Notes: generated by a model not told the origin, from the letters alone. A stretch of DNA of 64,000 bases from Pseudomonadota bacterium (GCA_038043465.1 JBBTBX010000006.1:79463-143462); one strand, 5' to 3'; numbered from the stretch's first letter, positions 27,399 to 36,806 are shown. Numbers and translations: made by a program.

Positions 27399-27620
27399 AG
27401 GAATGGGCTAGGCGGTCAATTGCTCCTATCTGCTGGTCGGCGTGGTCTCCATGCCTCTCAAGAGGTCGGAGGCGTGGCATTGCTGATTGATGCCAAAAAT
27501 GAGGGTGTCGCGCGGTGGTATGCAAGCTATGGCGCGTTACCACTTCTGGATACGCCTCTTTCTCTGCTTCTGCCTCTGGCAACCATCCAACAGGCGTTAG
27601 AAGCCACCGACAAACTATAA
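27390..27620 (+). pseudogene. C-terminal fragment of a GNAT-family acetyltransferase toxin (TacT-like)
   Basis: QRNGLGGQLLLSAGRRGLHASQEVGGVALLIDAKNEGVARWYASYGALPLLDTPLSLLLPLATI resembles the C-terminal half of DUF1778-associated GNAT toxins. The N-terminal half is missing, and the patch is high-GC. Confidence 0.5.
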
Positions 27621-27744
27621 GTCAGTCGTGGCGCACAAAAGAAATTCTTTAGGCAGGAATCCACTCGAAGTTGGTCACCATTATTAGGACCACTTGTGGA
27701 ATATAAGAAAACCCGCAAGGCCGAAGCCCTGCGGGTCTGGCGAG

Positions 27745-27957
27745 TTATGCGTTGTCGTCGTCCCTGCGGTCGGCAAGGGGATAGATAGTGAGGTCACCAT
27801 CGAGAGGCAGGCAGGTGAGCTTGATGTTGAAGCCCTTCCCGCCCCGATGCGCCCAGGCTACGCCAAGCTTCGTCCATTCGGAGCGTTGCTCGCTGCCGGT
27901 TGTGTAGGCGCGGATTGAGTACACGCCGTGAGTCGGTTTCTTGTTTTCGTATGACAT
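27745..27957 (-). CDS. Small conserved-looking hypothetical protein (70 aa) in the high-GC patch
   Basis: Start trimmed to the ATG at 27957, which has AAGGAAA upstream. Sequence MSYENKKPTHGVYSIRAYTTGSEQRSEWTKLGVAWAHRGGKGFNIKLTCLPLDGDLTIYPL. I cannot name the family. Confidence 0.45.
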   Translation of the reverse strand: MSYENKKPTHGVYSIRAYTTGSEQRSEWTKLGVAWAHRGGKGFNIKLTCLPLDGDLTIYPLADRRDDDNA

Positions 27958-28100
27958 AGTTTGTTTCCTTTCATGTTCCGGCGGGCACCATTGCCAGCCT
28001 TGTGACTTTCGTAACGCCGCGCGCTGCACCGGATGCAAGGGTTCACACGGTCACTGGTGCGGGCCGCCCTTGCAGCCATGAGGGGCAGGGCGGGGCAGGG

Positions 28101-28824
28101 TCACAAGTAAATGCTGGTTGGTGGTGATGGCTGCCGGGTGAAAGGAGTTTCCACGTAACTATTCTGTGAACCAGCGCCTGGGTTTTCCCTGGGACGGCGC
28201 AGAATATGGGTGAAGATATGCAAATTCAGGCCAATGTTGCCAAACTGCCTGTTATTCGTGGTTGGAGCTATGGTTTGTTCGTCAACCATCCCGCCCGTCT
28301 GCTCTGCAATATTGTTTTCGGTGATCACATTATTACCGGGGTAAATGCTAATCAATTCTTGTCCCCCAGAAGTGCACCCCCCAGAGAATCCATAATTACA
28401 ATTCCATCCACCTGAAGGCTGAGGATTGTCGCGGGAGTTAGCATAATTCCGGCGAAAAACATTGCGGTCGCCATATTTATTTATATTGGCATGCCGATGG
28501 AAATTATAAGTTTCGTTTTCTTCTACCAAACTGTCATCCACGTAATGAAAAAGTACACCTATGTCCCCATTAACATAGCGATTGCTTCTATTGAAGAGAT
28601 TGCGGCGGATGGTAATATGGTTCGAGTGCTTAATATCAATACCGCTTATAGATAGTACTTTACCAGGATCGTTGTCCTGACTCTGAATGGTAAGAATAGG
28701 TGGCGGCGTGGGCGGAAACGGCGATAGAGAGGCTAAGCAAAAGGACTGTCAGCAGAATGGAAAGCTGGCGGCATGGGAACCTAAATCGACTGGCACAGAC
28801 AGAAAGCACAAAACTGAACCGCAA
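28101..28824 (-). pseudogene. Secreted parallel beta-helix-repeat-like protein, frameshifted
   Basis: My translation finds a signal-peptide-like frame (..RQLSILLTVLLLSLSIAVSAHAA) that shifts near 28698-28712 into a frame reading ILTIQSQDNDPGKVLSISGIDIKHSNHITIRRNLFNRSNRYVNGDIGVLFHYVDDSLVEENETYNFHRH... The ORF track reports only the distal part (28101..28541). Confidence 0.35.
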
Positions 28825-29093
28825 AGTTGAGACATATAATACATAATATATTACTTAATAGTTAGTGCAAGTATTTAGTTGATGAATGTTAACAATTACA
28901 CATCCTTTTTATGTGGTATTCGCACGGTCGCGGAAGCTCTTAAGCGTAAGCGACGGTGCTATCCGAACTGGACACGGTGCGCCCCGCACGGTGCCACCCA
29001 TCCGGTATCCTTCCGTTGTCTTAACTCTTGACAGAGAATGGATTAAGGATTAATTGTTGGGCTTCTGAAAAAGAATCAACATTGTGCCGTCCC

Positions 29094-29867
29094 ATGCCCG
29101 CCCGTAACATAACAAAAGGATTCACCCTCATCGAGCTGTCACTAGTCTTGGTCATTATCGGACTGATTGTAGGCGGCGTACTGGTGGGGAGAGATTTGAT
29201 AAAAAGTGCGGAAATCCGTGCCCAGATAAAACAGGTTGAACAATATACTTTAGCCTATAATACCTTTAAGCTGAAATATGCTTGCATTCCCGGCGATTGT
29301 AAAAACGCCACAGATTATTTTACCGGAACAGCCAATGGCGATGGCGATGGAATAGTTGAGAGCTCCTTTGGTTATTCGCCGGATGTAGAATTTGATCTTG
29401 AGCAATCACGTTTCTTTGAGCAGCTTTCACTTGCTAATCTCATTCCGGGTAAATTTTCTTCTTCTTTAACTCTCGGGATCGGCTTCCCTGCAACTATCCT
29501 GGCACCAAAAAAAGGATTTGTGGCAGGTAAAGCACGGTCAACCAACGTTAGTAGTTGCATAACGAGCACATACTCTTACGACTGTTTTGCTGCTGGTAAG
29601 TGGAACACTGGCTTGTTCTTCTTTGTGGGCAATCCGACCGATACGCCTTGGACGAATACAAATGATTCATACGGACTGTTTACACCAGCGCAAACGCAAT
29701 CCATCGACCAGAAACTAGATGATGGTTTTCCACATAGTGGCGTATTAAGAGGTGGAGAAGCGTGGGACAGCCTTAATGGCAGATGTTCAACTGGTTCTTC
29801 TCCACCATCAACCTATTTAGTGACCAATACCGACACTGCCTGTGTGTTTGCATGGAAGCTCGACTAG
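29094..29867 (+). CDS. Prepilin-type N-terminal cleavage/methylation domain protein (type IV pilin / pseudopilin-like)
   Basis: Start trimmed to the ATG at 29094. MPARNITKGFTLIELSLVLVIIGLIVGGVLVG is the canonical prepilin leader (G/F cleavage site) plus hydrophobic helix. Confidence 0.7.
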   Translation: MPARNITKGFTLIELSLVLVIIGLIVGGVLVGRDLIKSAEIRAQIKQVEQYTLAYNTFKLKYACIPGDCKNATDYFTGTANGDGDGIVESSFGYSPDVEFDLEQSRFFEQLSLANLIPGKFSSSLTLGIGFPATILAPKKGFVAGKARSTNVSSCITSTYSYDCFAAGKWNTGLFFFVGNPTDTPWTNTNDSYGLFTPAQTQSIDQKLDDGFPHSGVLRGGEAWDSLNGRCSTGSSPPSTYLVTNTDTACVFAWKLD

Positions 29868-29904
29868 AAAGTACGCTTCACACATGTTCATGTTGTACCG
29901 CTGC

Positions 29905-30825
29905 TTATCCGTCACAGGCGTAACCCTTCCTGTGTCCATATCGACTCGTGACCAAATATAATGTTGGTGGGTTCTGCCTCCCCGCTCCCCTCCGAACATG
30001 TTTTGATTCTAGGGTGATGAAGGTCGATTTTGGGTGGATCTCGGCACGGTCACGACGCCAGCGGCAAAGTGAGTGTTTATGCTCACATGCATTGAGCAAG
30101 AATTCATAGAATTGGCTGTCACTCATTTCACCCGATGCCATAGCAAACTCAGCATGTTTTACTTTGCCATTGCCACACACGTGGCCATCGATTGGCACAT
30201 TATAGGGCGGGTCAGTAAATACCATATCCACTTTTATCTCGCCGAGTAATATGCGGTAGGTTTCTGGTTGGAGCGCATCACCGCATATCAGCCGATGTTT
30301 CCCCATGATCCAAACGTCACCAGGCTGCGTAATAGCTGGCGCGGCAGCCACATCTGGGATAACATCAGCGGGATCGTTTTCTTGCGGCGCATCCATAATC
30401 AGGTCAATTTCCGCCACTTCAAAGCCAGTGTCTTCGATATCAAAACCCTCAGTATCTATTTTACACAGATGCTCAAATTCAATGGATAATATATTTGTAT
30501 CCCAATCAGCATTTTCAGCAATTTTATTGTCGGCAATAATAAATGCGCGAACCTGATCCTTGCTCAAATGCCGCGTACTAATAATTGGCACTTGCGCCAT
30601 ACCCAATTTCTTTGCCGCTTCCACCCTGCCATGCCCGGCCATAATCATGTATTTATCATTGACCAATACTGGATTGATGAAACCAAACTTGGTGATGCTG
30701 TTAGCGATCTGTTGAATCTGTTTGGCAGGGTGAATTCGCGCGTTATTTTTATAGGGCTGGAGCTGCTCGATCGGAGCATAGCGAACAGTCAGCCTGTCTA
30801 TTGTATCATTTATAGTTTCATTCAT
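29905..30825 (-). pseudogene. Truncated paralogue of the ParB-DNA methyltransferase fusion (lacks the SAM-binding motif I region)
   Basis: The first ~250 aa parallel ORF 5621..6925 (LQPYKNNARIHPAKQIQQIANSITKFGF..., FTDPPYNVPIDGHVCGNGKVKHAEFAMASGEM). After ...FLLNACEHKHS the sequence is unrelated, and no DPFxGSGTT motif follows. Confidence 0.65.
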
Positions 30826-30866
30826 ATTATAGCTCCCTATGGTGCTTATTATTGATAAAAAATATA

Positions 30867-31532
30867 TTATGCTGCCGGTCTACCCCTCCCAGCCGCTGGG
30901 ATGGCGCTCAACAAAGCTGGCAAGGTGAGCGCAATATCGGCGAGCTCAATAGCGGTAAACGCCGTATATAAATTTGGATAAGTATGTAGTTCTTTTTTCA
31001 GCCCCTCTAAACCTTTTACGAACACGGGGCACATAATGATTGGGTTGTCGCCTGAAAGCGCAGGAACAGTTTCCTGCATTTCCACACGGTTGATCAGCAT
31101 AAAATGGCTTACGGCATTTTCGATTTCGCTGCGGTTGGCCCCCCAGATGGGTGCCACGTCCCCACTAGAACGAATTTGGTTATATCGTTTCTTAATGTCC
31201 TGTTGGGTGTGTTGCAGAAAGAATATAATCTCTGACTGCTTGAAGCCGATATTCAGCATGTACAGAGCAATACCCATCATAAACACATGAAAGTCACTGT
31301 ATGACTCTTGGGTGCCTGTCCCCTCACCGGCAGATTCAAAAAACACCCAATTGTTTTTTTCTGCACCACTGGCCCTGTCAATGTTGAGCAGCTTCTTTAC
31401 ACGTGATTTAAATACTTTTGGCATCTCAGGGACATGATCCGTATTACCCCATTGTGGCAGCGCGCATATGTATTTCCATAGCGCTTCTTCCATTTGGTTG
31501 CGTAACCACTGATTCGTATAATAAGCTTTCAT
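30867..31532 (-). CDS. Hypothetical protein, 221 aa
   Basis: Long ORF between the truncated methyltransferase and GIY-YIG copy 2, on the same strand. No motif recognised. Confidence 0.55.
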   Translation of the reverse strand: MKAYYTNQWLRNQMEEALWKYICALPQWGNTDHVPEMPKVFKSRVKKLLNIDRASGAEKNNWVFFESAGEGTGTQESYSDFHVFMMGIALYMLNIGFKQSEIIFFLQHTQQDIKKRYNQIRSSGDVAPIWGANRSEIENAVSHFMLINRVEMQETVPALSGDNPIIMCPVFVKGLEGLKKELHTYPNLYTAFTAIELADIALTLPALLSAIPAAGRGRPAA

Positions 31533-31594
31533 AGGTGCTATAATATAATAAGCTCCTTATGGTGTCAATATAAATATGTCATAAATATGTCATG

Positions 31595-32314
31595 CTATAT
31601 TTTATATTTCACAGGATTGGCAGCACCGCGCTTTCGCATGGAATCAGGCAGCCTTTTTCGAATATATAGCTTAGTAATTTCTTCTGAAGCCTCATGCCCC
31701 ACGAATCCCCACCTGCCTTCTCTAAATTCTTTGCCTGGGAAATTTTCTGAATTCGCCTCCAACCATTTACCTGGCACAAATACCCCGATCACCACCCCTT
31801 GCTGCATCGCCAGCACCAACTCGGATTTTCTTGCCTTCTGCGGATCAAGCCTCCATGCATATCGCACCGCCTCATATACATTTTCTCTTTCCAAAGCAGA
31901 TTTATTCACATTGATCATCAGTACCCTGTGTTGAAAATCGATTTCTACTGCTTGGTAGTTTTCGATGATTTGCTTGGAGTGCATGACACCGCGTTCGTCA
32001 GAATATCTCCCGCCCACAATATTTGTCACTTCTGGGTAGGCATCAATTAATGCTGCCTCGACTTCAAATGCCGTTTTCTCATCCATACCATGTCGATGAA
32101 TGACATGCGCCGCCTCAAAACCACTAATCCGAATTTCTCTTATGCGCTGCAACTTATCGCCGATGTCATCCTCAATTGAATCGGCCTCACCTTTCACGTG
32201 AGCAAAAACCCTGTTTCCCCTACCCTTTCCAACATAAAATGTCTGACCATTGCGAGGGTCAATGAGCCTGTACACATAGTACTGCAATTGCTCTATAACT
32301 TCAGGTGTGAACAT
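31595..32314 (-). CDS. GIY-YIG-like domain protein (copy 2)
   Basis: 239 aa. YYVYRLIDPRNGQTFYVGKGRGNRVFAHVKGE. It is collinear with, and similar along its full length to, ORF 7157..7879. Confidence 0.6.
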   Translation of the reverse strand: MFTPEVIEQLQYYVYRLIDPRNGQTFYVGKGRGNRVFAHVKGEADSIEDDIGDKLQRIREIRISGFEAAHVIHRHGMDEKTAFEVEAALIDAYPEVTNIVGGRYSDERGVMHSKQIIENYQAVEIDFQHRVLMINVNKSALERENVYEAVRYAWRLDPQKARKSELVLAMQQGVVIGVFVPGKWLEANSENFPGKEFREGRWGFVGHEASEEITKLYIRKRLPDSMRKRGAANPVKYKI

Positions 32315-32682
32315 TCTGCCTCCCTACAGCAAACTAGAAGGTCACCAGATTGCTCTGGTGACCGGGAGTTTAGAAGTTGCGTTAAGACAACCGCGACGAT
32401 CTTTACCGCGAGGCTGGACATACATCGTCGCCTCCCAGCCATAAGGCCGAAAGGCGACATCATTGCGGCTGATGTCAGCCGCTTAACGCAGGATTCTAAA
32501 GCCCCGGCGAGCACAGATGTGCTCACGCAAAAACGTTATCTCTAATAAGGGATTAACTCAAGGGAATAGTGATATACTCACCAAATATCTAAAGTACAAA
32601 AACACGCTGAGATTTGTTGATTAATCAGGTCAGTGTAACTTGTGTGGAAGCACATACTTGAAAAGCTGTAACCAAGAGGCAA

Positions 32683-33063
32683 ATGAATGATGAAGAAGTT
32701 TTAGAAAAGCCTGCTGCTCATGTGCCGCCTGTAGCCGTGGCAGGAACAAAACTCGAAGAAAAAGCTGTTGGTGCGAGTATCTCTGCTTTCGATAAAATAA
32801 AAGGGCTCGGTGTCTTTCCTAACTTTGTTTGGCCTAGTGGCTTGGAGCATTTTAAGACTTTTAACTTGTTTTATGGCTGGAACGGCTGCGGTAAAACCAC
32901 CTTATCACGCCTACTTCGCTATCTGGAGGACAACAAGTTTCTGCCAGAAGATTGGTACCCAGAGTTCAAAAGCAAAACCAGCACGGGATACCCTTCACAT
33001 TACAGCATCTCATTTTTCGTCCGCAGCTATTCGGCTATGACCGACAGTTACCGACGATTCTGA
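32683..33063 (+). pseudogene. N-terminal fragment of an AAA_13-type (PrrC/RloC-like) ATPase
   Basis: IKGLGVFPNFVWPSGLEHFKTFNLFYGWNGCGKTTLSRLLRYLE is the typical N-terminus plus Walker A of this family. The ORF ends after 126 aa, with no coiled coil or Walker B. Confidence 0.5.
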
Positions 33064-33184
33064 CGGTATAAATGACAATATATTTTTATTGTTAAATTTC
33101 TAAAACAGTATGTATATCAACGTTATAACTCTTCAATGTTTATTCCTTAGGGATCAGCACTGCGTTTATAACAGTCGAAATGAA

Positions 33185-34392
33185 CTACCCATCTTTTCCA
33201 TCCAACCGTGGGCGCAGGAGAATGGGGGCGTAGACCACCACATAGATAGCAAAAGCGATTAGCCAGAGTGCGGACGATGCTTCCAGAAAACGCATGGTGA
33301 GTGAGGGAAATAGCCAGATACCAAATACACGACAGAAGGCTGCAAGATTGATGGCGGCAAAAACCATCATCATCGCTTTTCCAACCGCCAGTGGCCTGCC
33401 GCTATGGCCAAGCGAGACTCTGGCCATCATGCCCAGTGTCAACACACCGATACCACCTGCCGTGAAAGCGTGGGTTGCTGCAATGGCAGGAACATCCACA
33501 CCCAGCAGCTCCAGCCCTTTGATGACAAAGCCCACAACAATCCACCCATAGCCTAAATGAAGCACCCAAAGTAGCGGTGTTTTCACCGTCCGCAGGCTTT
33601 GCCAGCCCGATAGACGCCAGCCATTGACAAAACCTGCCGCAAGACAGGCCACACCTGCCGCGATGGAAGAAAGCTCCGCCGCATCCGCACCGAGCGCAAT
33701 AATAGATGTAAGCAGCGCTGCTTTCTCAAGCGGCGGTTTGCGCGGAATACTCAGCCCCAGCGGTCTTTCAGTGAAGAATGGAATCACCCGCCCACCAATA
33801 ATCACTATCATCATAATGATAATCGCAAGGGCAATGCGGATGCCGAGTGCAGAAAGTTCTGCGTCCTCTTCGCTGTAGGTGTGTGTCAGCACATTGGCAA
33901 TGGAAAGTCCAAGCAGCAACACGATAAAAAAGTAGTTGCGCTTATTTTTCGATTTAAGGAGTGCGGGGGCAATGCCTGCTGCACAGGTCAAAAAAACGAG
34001 CAATCTACCACCGCCACCAGCCCCGATGGTAAGTAGGATGAGAATAACAAAGCGATGCGCCCTGCAAGCCACAGGCCAACTATAGCGGCGAGTGGCGTGC
34101 CCTTGGGGGTTGGATGCCCTGTCCAGTTTGGCACAGCGGTGAGCAGAAACCCTGCGATGATCGCACCCGCATAGCCAAACAGCATCTCGTGGCGATGCCA
34201 GATGAGCGCATCCCATGCGCTTGTCCATTCGCTAACGGCTCCAGACATCCATAGAATGAAATAGCCCAGCGCAAAAATACTAAAGAGTGATCCGAACAAA
34301 AAAAACGGCCTGAACCCCAACCGAAACAGCGCAAGTTCACGGCGAGAATTCTGGGGTGATTGCGGCTCTTTGATAGGTAGTAATGTGCTCAA
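33185..34392 (-). pseudogene. nnrS: NnrS family haem-copper membrane protein, split by a frameshift in an A7/T7 run
   Basis: Track ORFs 33988..34392 (WHRHEMLFGYAGAIIAGFLLTAVPNW) and 33185..34228 (many TM helices) lie in different frames. Together they give a full-length NnrS. Adding one T to the run at 33990-33996 joins ...VVDCSFF to LTCAAGIAPALL. Confidence 0.75.
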
Positions 34393-34596
34393 AATATCAC
34401 TCTTGCCGCTGGTTGGAGGTATATATCAGAAGTCCGGCGAAACATTTCTTCTGAACTTTAGCCAGATAAATTGGTTTTAACCAGCATGATACCACCACTC
34501 CGCCAGCCAATATATTTTTGAGTTACGCTTGCTTTACAGCGTAAAATTAAATCTCTAGTGGTCTTTCGGACTCGATTTTCATAACATTGGGTTTAC

Positions 34597-34821
34597 CTAC
34601 GGCCTCTCGTGTCCCCATGAATCCACCCAGTTATGACACCAAAATCGGTGCATTTCTTTGTCATAATAAAAATTGTCGGGGTGGAACATTGGGCATGGCT
34701 TTTGCCCACTGCAGTAGCTGCGGGGCTCAACGCTACGATCCGTCAGTGAGCACCCTGGGCAAATATCAACGGCTAAAGCCAAACCCACCCGCATCGCCAC
34801 ATTTTCAGCATCTTCTTTCAT
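34597..34821 (-). CDS. Small Cys/His/Trp-rich hypothetical protein (74 aa) behind an FNR-type box
   Basis: Start trimmed to the ATG at 34821 (AAAGG upstream). It has five Cys (ICPGCS...CSGQKPCP...WCHNW). A perfect TTGAT-N4-ATCAA box is centred about 73 nt upstream. Confidence 0.4.
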   Translation of the reverse strand: MKEDAENVAMRVGLALAVDICPGCSLTDRSVEPRSYCSGQKPCPMFHPDNFYYDKEMHRFWCHNWVDSWGHERP

Positions 34822-34887
34822 AAGAACCTGCCTTTCTAGGGGATACAACTCCCACGATGAGCCTTACACAGAAAATCACAAAAGGCT

Positions 34888-34901
34888 TTGATCTGGATCA
34901 A
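34888..34901. promoter_or_regulatory. FNR/Anr/Dnr-type box TTGATCTGGATCAA
   Basis: Perfect palindromic half-sites read directly from the sequence. It is intergenic, upstream of the small ORF / nnrS unit on the minus strand. Confidence 0.7.
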
Positions 34902-34939
34902 TGCGCTAATGATTTGTTTATGCTACACAGCGCGAGATT

Positions 34940-35410
34940 CTACTGCACCAGCGGGTTATCTGTCCCTTCCAGATGAATCCCTGCGATGTGGGCTTTGCCA
35001 ACCAGCACTTTCAGATATTGCTTCACTGCCGTTTGCCATGATGCCTCTTTGAGATAGGCAGCGATGGTCGTCTGAACATATTCAAATAGCACAGGATTCC
35101 CCTCCGTGTCGCGGAAGGTTTTGCGGTTTTGTTCGTAGTAACGTTGGCAGCTCACCGCATCAGGTTCAGGGGTGATGACCTCCTGTTCCAGCAATCTACT
35201 GATAACATAGTCTTCCTGCGTTTCCTCGCTCGCCGTCGCATCTGGCGCGGTTATTCCTAGCCGCGTGGCTTCCTGCAATAGAAGTTCCCGAATTGCTAGA
35301 GCCTGTGCGGCTTTTTCCTGTGCTTCGGGTAGCGAAGATGCTGGGTGGTATTGCATCTCTGCAAACACCTGTTCGTCGCTAATCTCAGTGTTGTTAACGT
35401 AAAGGGGCAT
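34940..35410 (-). CDS. SurA-N/PpiC-associated chaperone-like protein, translationally coupled to narI
   Basis: 156 aa; its start overlaps the narI stop by 1 nt. The N-terminus MPLYVNNTEISDEQVFAEMQYHP...ALAIRELLLQEA resembles the N-terminal chaperone part of the PpiC-type proteins found after narI in pseudomonads. No rotamase domain is present. Confidence 0.45.
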   Translation of the reverse strand: MPLYVNNTEISDEQVFAEMQYHPASSLPEAQEKAAQALAIRELLLQEATRLGITAPDATASEETQEDYVISRLLEQEVITPEPDAVSCQRYYEQNRKTFRDTEGNPVLFEYVQTTIAAYLKEASWQTAVKQYLKVLVGKAHIAGIHLEGTDNPLVQ

Positions 35411-36099
35411 TATCTGCGAGCCCCACGGCTACGAACCACCTGATACGGCCTGCCGATATATTTCACCGGCGCACTAAGTATATGGACTAAACGGGTGAAC
35501 GGGAAGATCAGAAAAATCGTCATCCCCAGAATCAAATGCACCTGAAACGGCCAGTCTGTGCCTTTGATGAACTCCGAAGCACCGCTTCGGAAAGTCACTA
35601 TATGCTGCGCCCATTCCGAAAGCTGAATCATGATGCTTGCGTCATGGTGTGACAGTGAGAATGGAATGGTGATCATCCCCAGCGTGATCTGCACCCAGAA
35701 GATAAAGACCACAAGAATATCCATAGTCGAACTGGTAGCGCGGATTCTAGCCACGAACATGCGACGGAACACCAGAATAGTGAGACCGATAAAGCCAATC
35801 GTCCCTGCAATGCCGCCTGCGATAATCGCCAGCAATTGCTTCTGTTCGGCAGTGACGAAATGCTCATACACCGCGTGCGGGGTCAGCAGCCCGACCAGAT
35901 GCCCGAAGAAAATGAAAATCACGCCGATATGGAACATGACATTGCCAATTTTCAGCCCTTTATCCGCCAGTAACTGGCTGGAGGATGCTCGCCAGCTATA
36001 TTGCTCGCGGTCATAGCGAATCAACGTTCCCAGAGCGAAAATAGTCAGGCAGATGTAAGGATACATACCAAAAAAGAAGGAATAGTAGTAATCGCTCAT
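35410..36099 (-). CDS. narI: Respiratory nitrate reductase gamma subunit
   Basis: Start trimmed to the ATG at 36099 (ATGA overlap with narJ). 229 aa with five TM helices and conserved His residues (NVMFHIGVIFIFFGHLVG, FTRLVHILS). Confidence 0.9.
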   Translation of the reverse strand: MSDYYYSFFFGMYPYICLTIFALGTLIRYDREQYSWRASSSQLLADKGLKIGNVMFHIGVIFIFFGHLVGLLTPHAVYEHFVTAEQKQLLAIIAGGIAGTIGFIGLTILVFRRMFVARIRATSSTMDILVVFIFWVQITLGMITIPFSLSHHDASIMIQLSEWAQHIVTFRSGASEFIKGTDWPFQVHLILGMTIFLIFPFTRLVHILSAPVKYIGRPYQVVRSRGARR

Positions 36100-36806
36100 G
36101 GTCTTGCTCCTTGCATCATTTTTTCCAGTGGTTTTGCTGTGCCGCCACCGCAGCCACCACTGCCACATCCGCCACTGCCACAGCCCCCCGCTTTGGGAGC
36201 TTCCGCACCGAGAAAATCAATCGGCTTTTCTTCCCATTCTTTGTCGAGCTGCTCGAAATTTACTACTACAGGCGCCTTACGCTCCACTTTTTCTGGCGTT
36301 TTACCCGCCAGCAACGTGAGCGTATCCAGCACCGCACTATACGGGCTGCCACGTTCGGCAAGGCGCTTGCCCAGCGCGACAAGAATGTGGCCTGTATTGG
36401 CGAGTTCTTCGAGTGCTTCTTCTTTCGGTATCATTGAGAGGTATTCGAGGAACACCGGCAGATAATCGGGCAATTCACTGGCGGCGAGGCTGAAGCCTTG
36501 CTCCTTATAACGCTCAGCCAAATCGACCATCGCCTGTCCGCGATCTCGTGATTCGCCATGCACATGCTCGAATAAATGCAAGCTGAGTGAGCGCACACGG
36601 TCAAACGTATCCACATAATCCTCTTGCAAATCCAGCAAATCTTCTCTCTGGAGCTGTGCCGTGAGTGAACGTAAGCCTGTCACCTGCTCCTTACTCACCA
36701 ACGCTTCCTGCTCAATCAGGTCGCATAAATCGGAAGTGCCCTGAAGCCACTCTTCATTCGGATACCACAGCAGGATACCTAGTGCTTTAAAGGTTTTAAC
36801 TGGCAT
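36096..36806 (-). CDS. narJ: Nitrate reductase molybdenum cofactor assembly chaperone, with a Cys-Gly-rich C-terminal tail
   Basis: Start trimmed to the ATG at 36806 (MPVKTFKALGILLWYPNEEW). NarJ-like motifs DYVDTFD and ELPDYLPVFLEYL. The tail reads GGCGSGGCGSGGCGGG. Confidence 0.85.
   Translation of the reverse strand: MPVKTFKALGILLWYPNEEWLQGTSDLCDLIEQEALVSKEQVTGLRSLTAQLQREDLLDLQEDYVDTFDRVRSLSLHLFEHVHGESRDRGQAMVDLAERYKEQGFSLAASELPDYLPVFLEYLSMIPKEEALEELANTGHILVALGKRLAERGSPYSAVLDTLTLLAGKTPEKVERKAPVVVNFEQLDKEWEEKPIDFLGAEAPKAGGCGSGGCGSGGCGGGTAKPLEKMMQGARP

Noticed and set aside
27694-28079. Track ORFs 27694..27918 (+), 27858..28079 (-) and the long form of 27745..28038
   Set aside because: High-GC DNA produces long open frames in several phases. 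Only the 70-aa version starting at 27957 has an RBS and a plausible sequence.
32198-32545. Track ORFs 32198..32545 (+) and 32293..32526 (-) in the hairpin-rich spacer
   Set aside because: They have no RBS, are Arg/Ser-rich, and overlap each other and the stem-loops. The first also overlaps the GIY-YIG gene in antisense.
33064-33184. Search for a direct repeat of the tRNA-Ala 3' end at the right island border
   Set aside because: No match longer than a few nucleotides was seen by eye. The island ends therefore remain undefined, and no attR is claimed here.
33185-34392. Treating the two overlapping nnrS ORFs as separate genes
   Set aside because: Neither half is a complete NnrS. The halves abut at a homopolymer, and a 1-nt change joins them seamlessly. 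A frameshift or sequencing error is the simpler reading.
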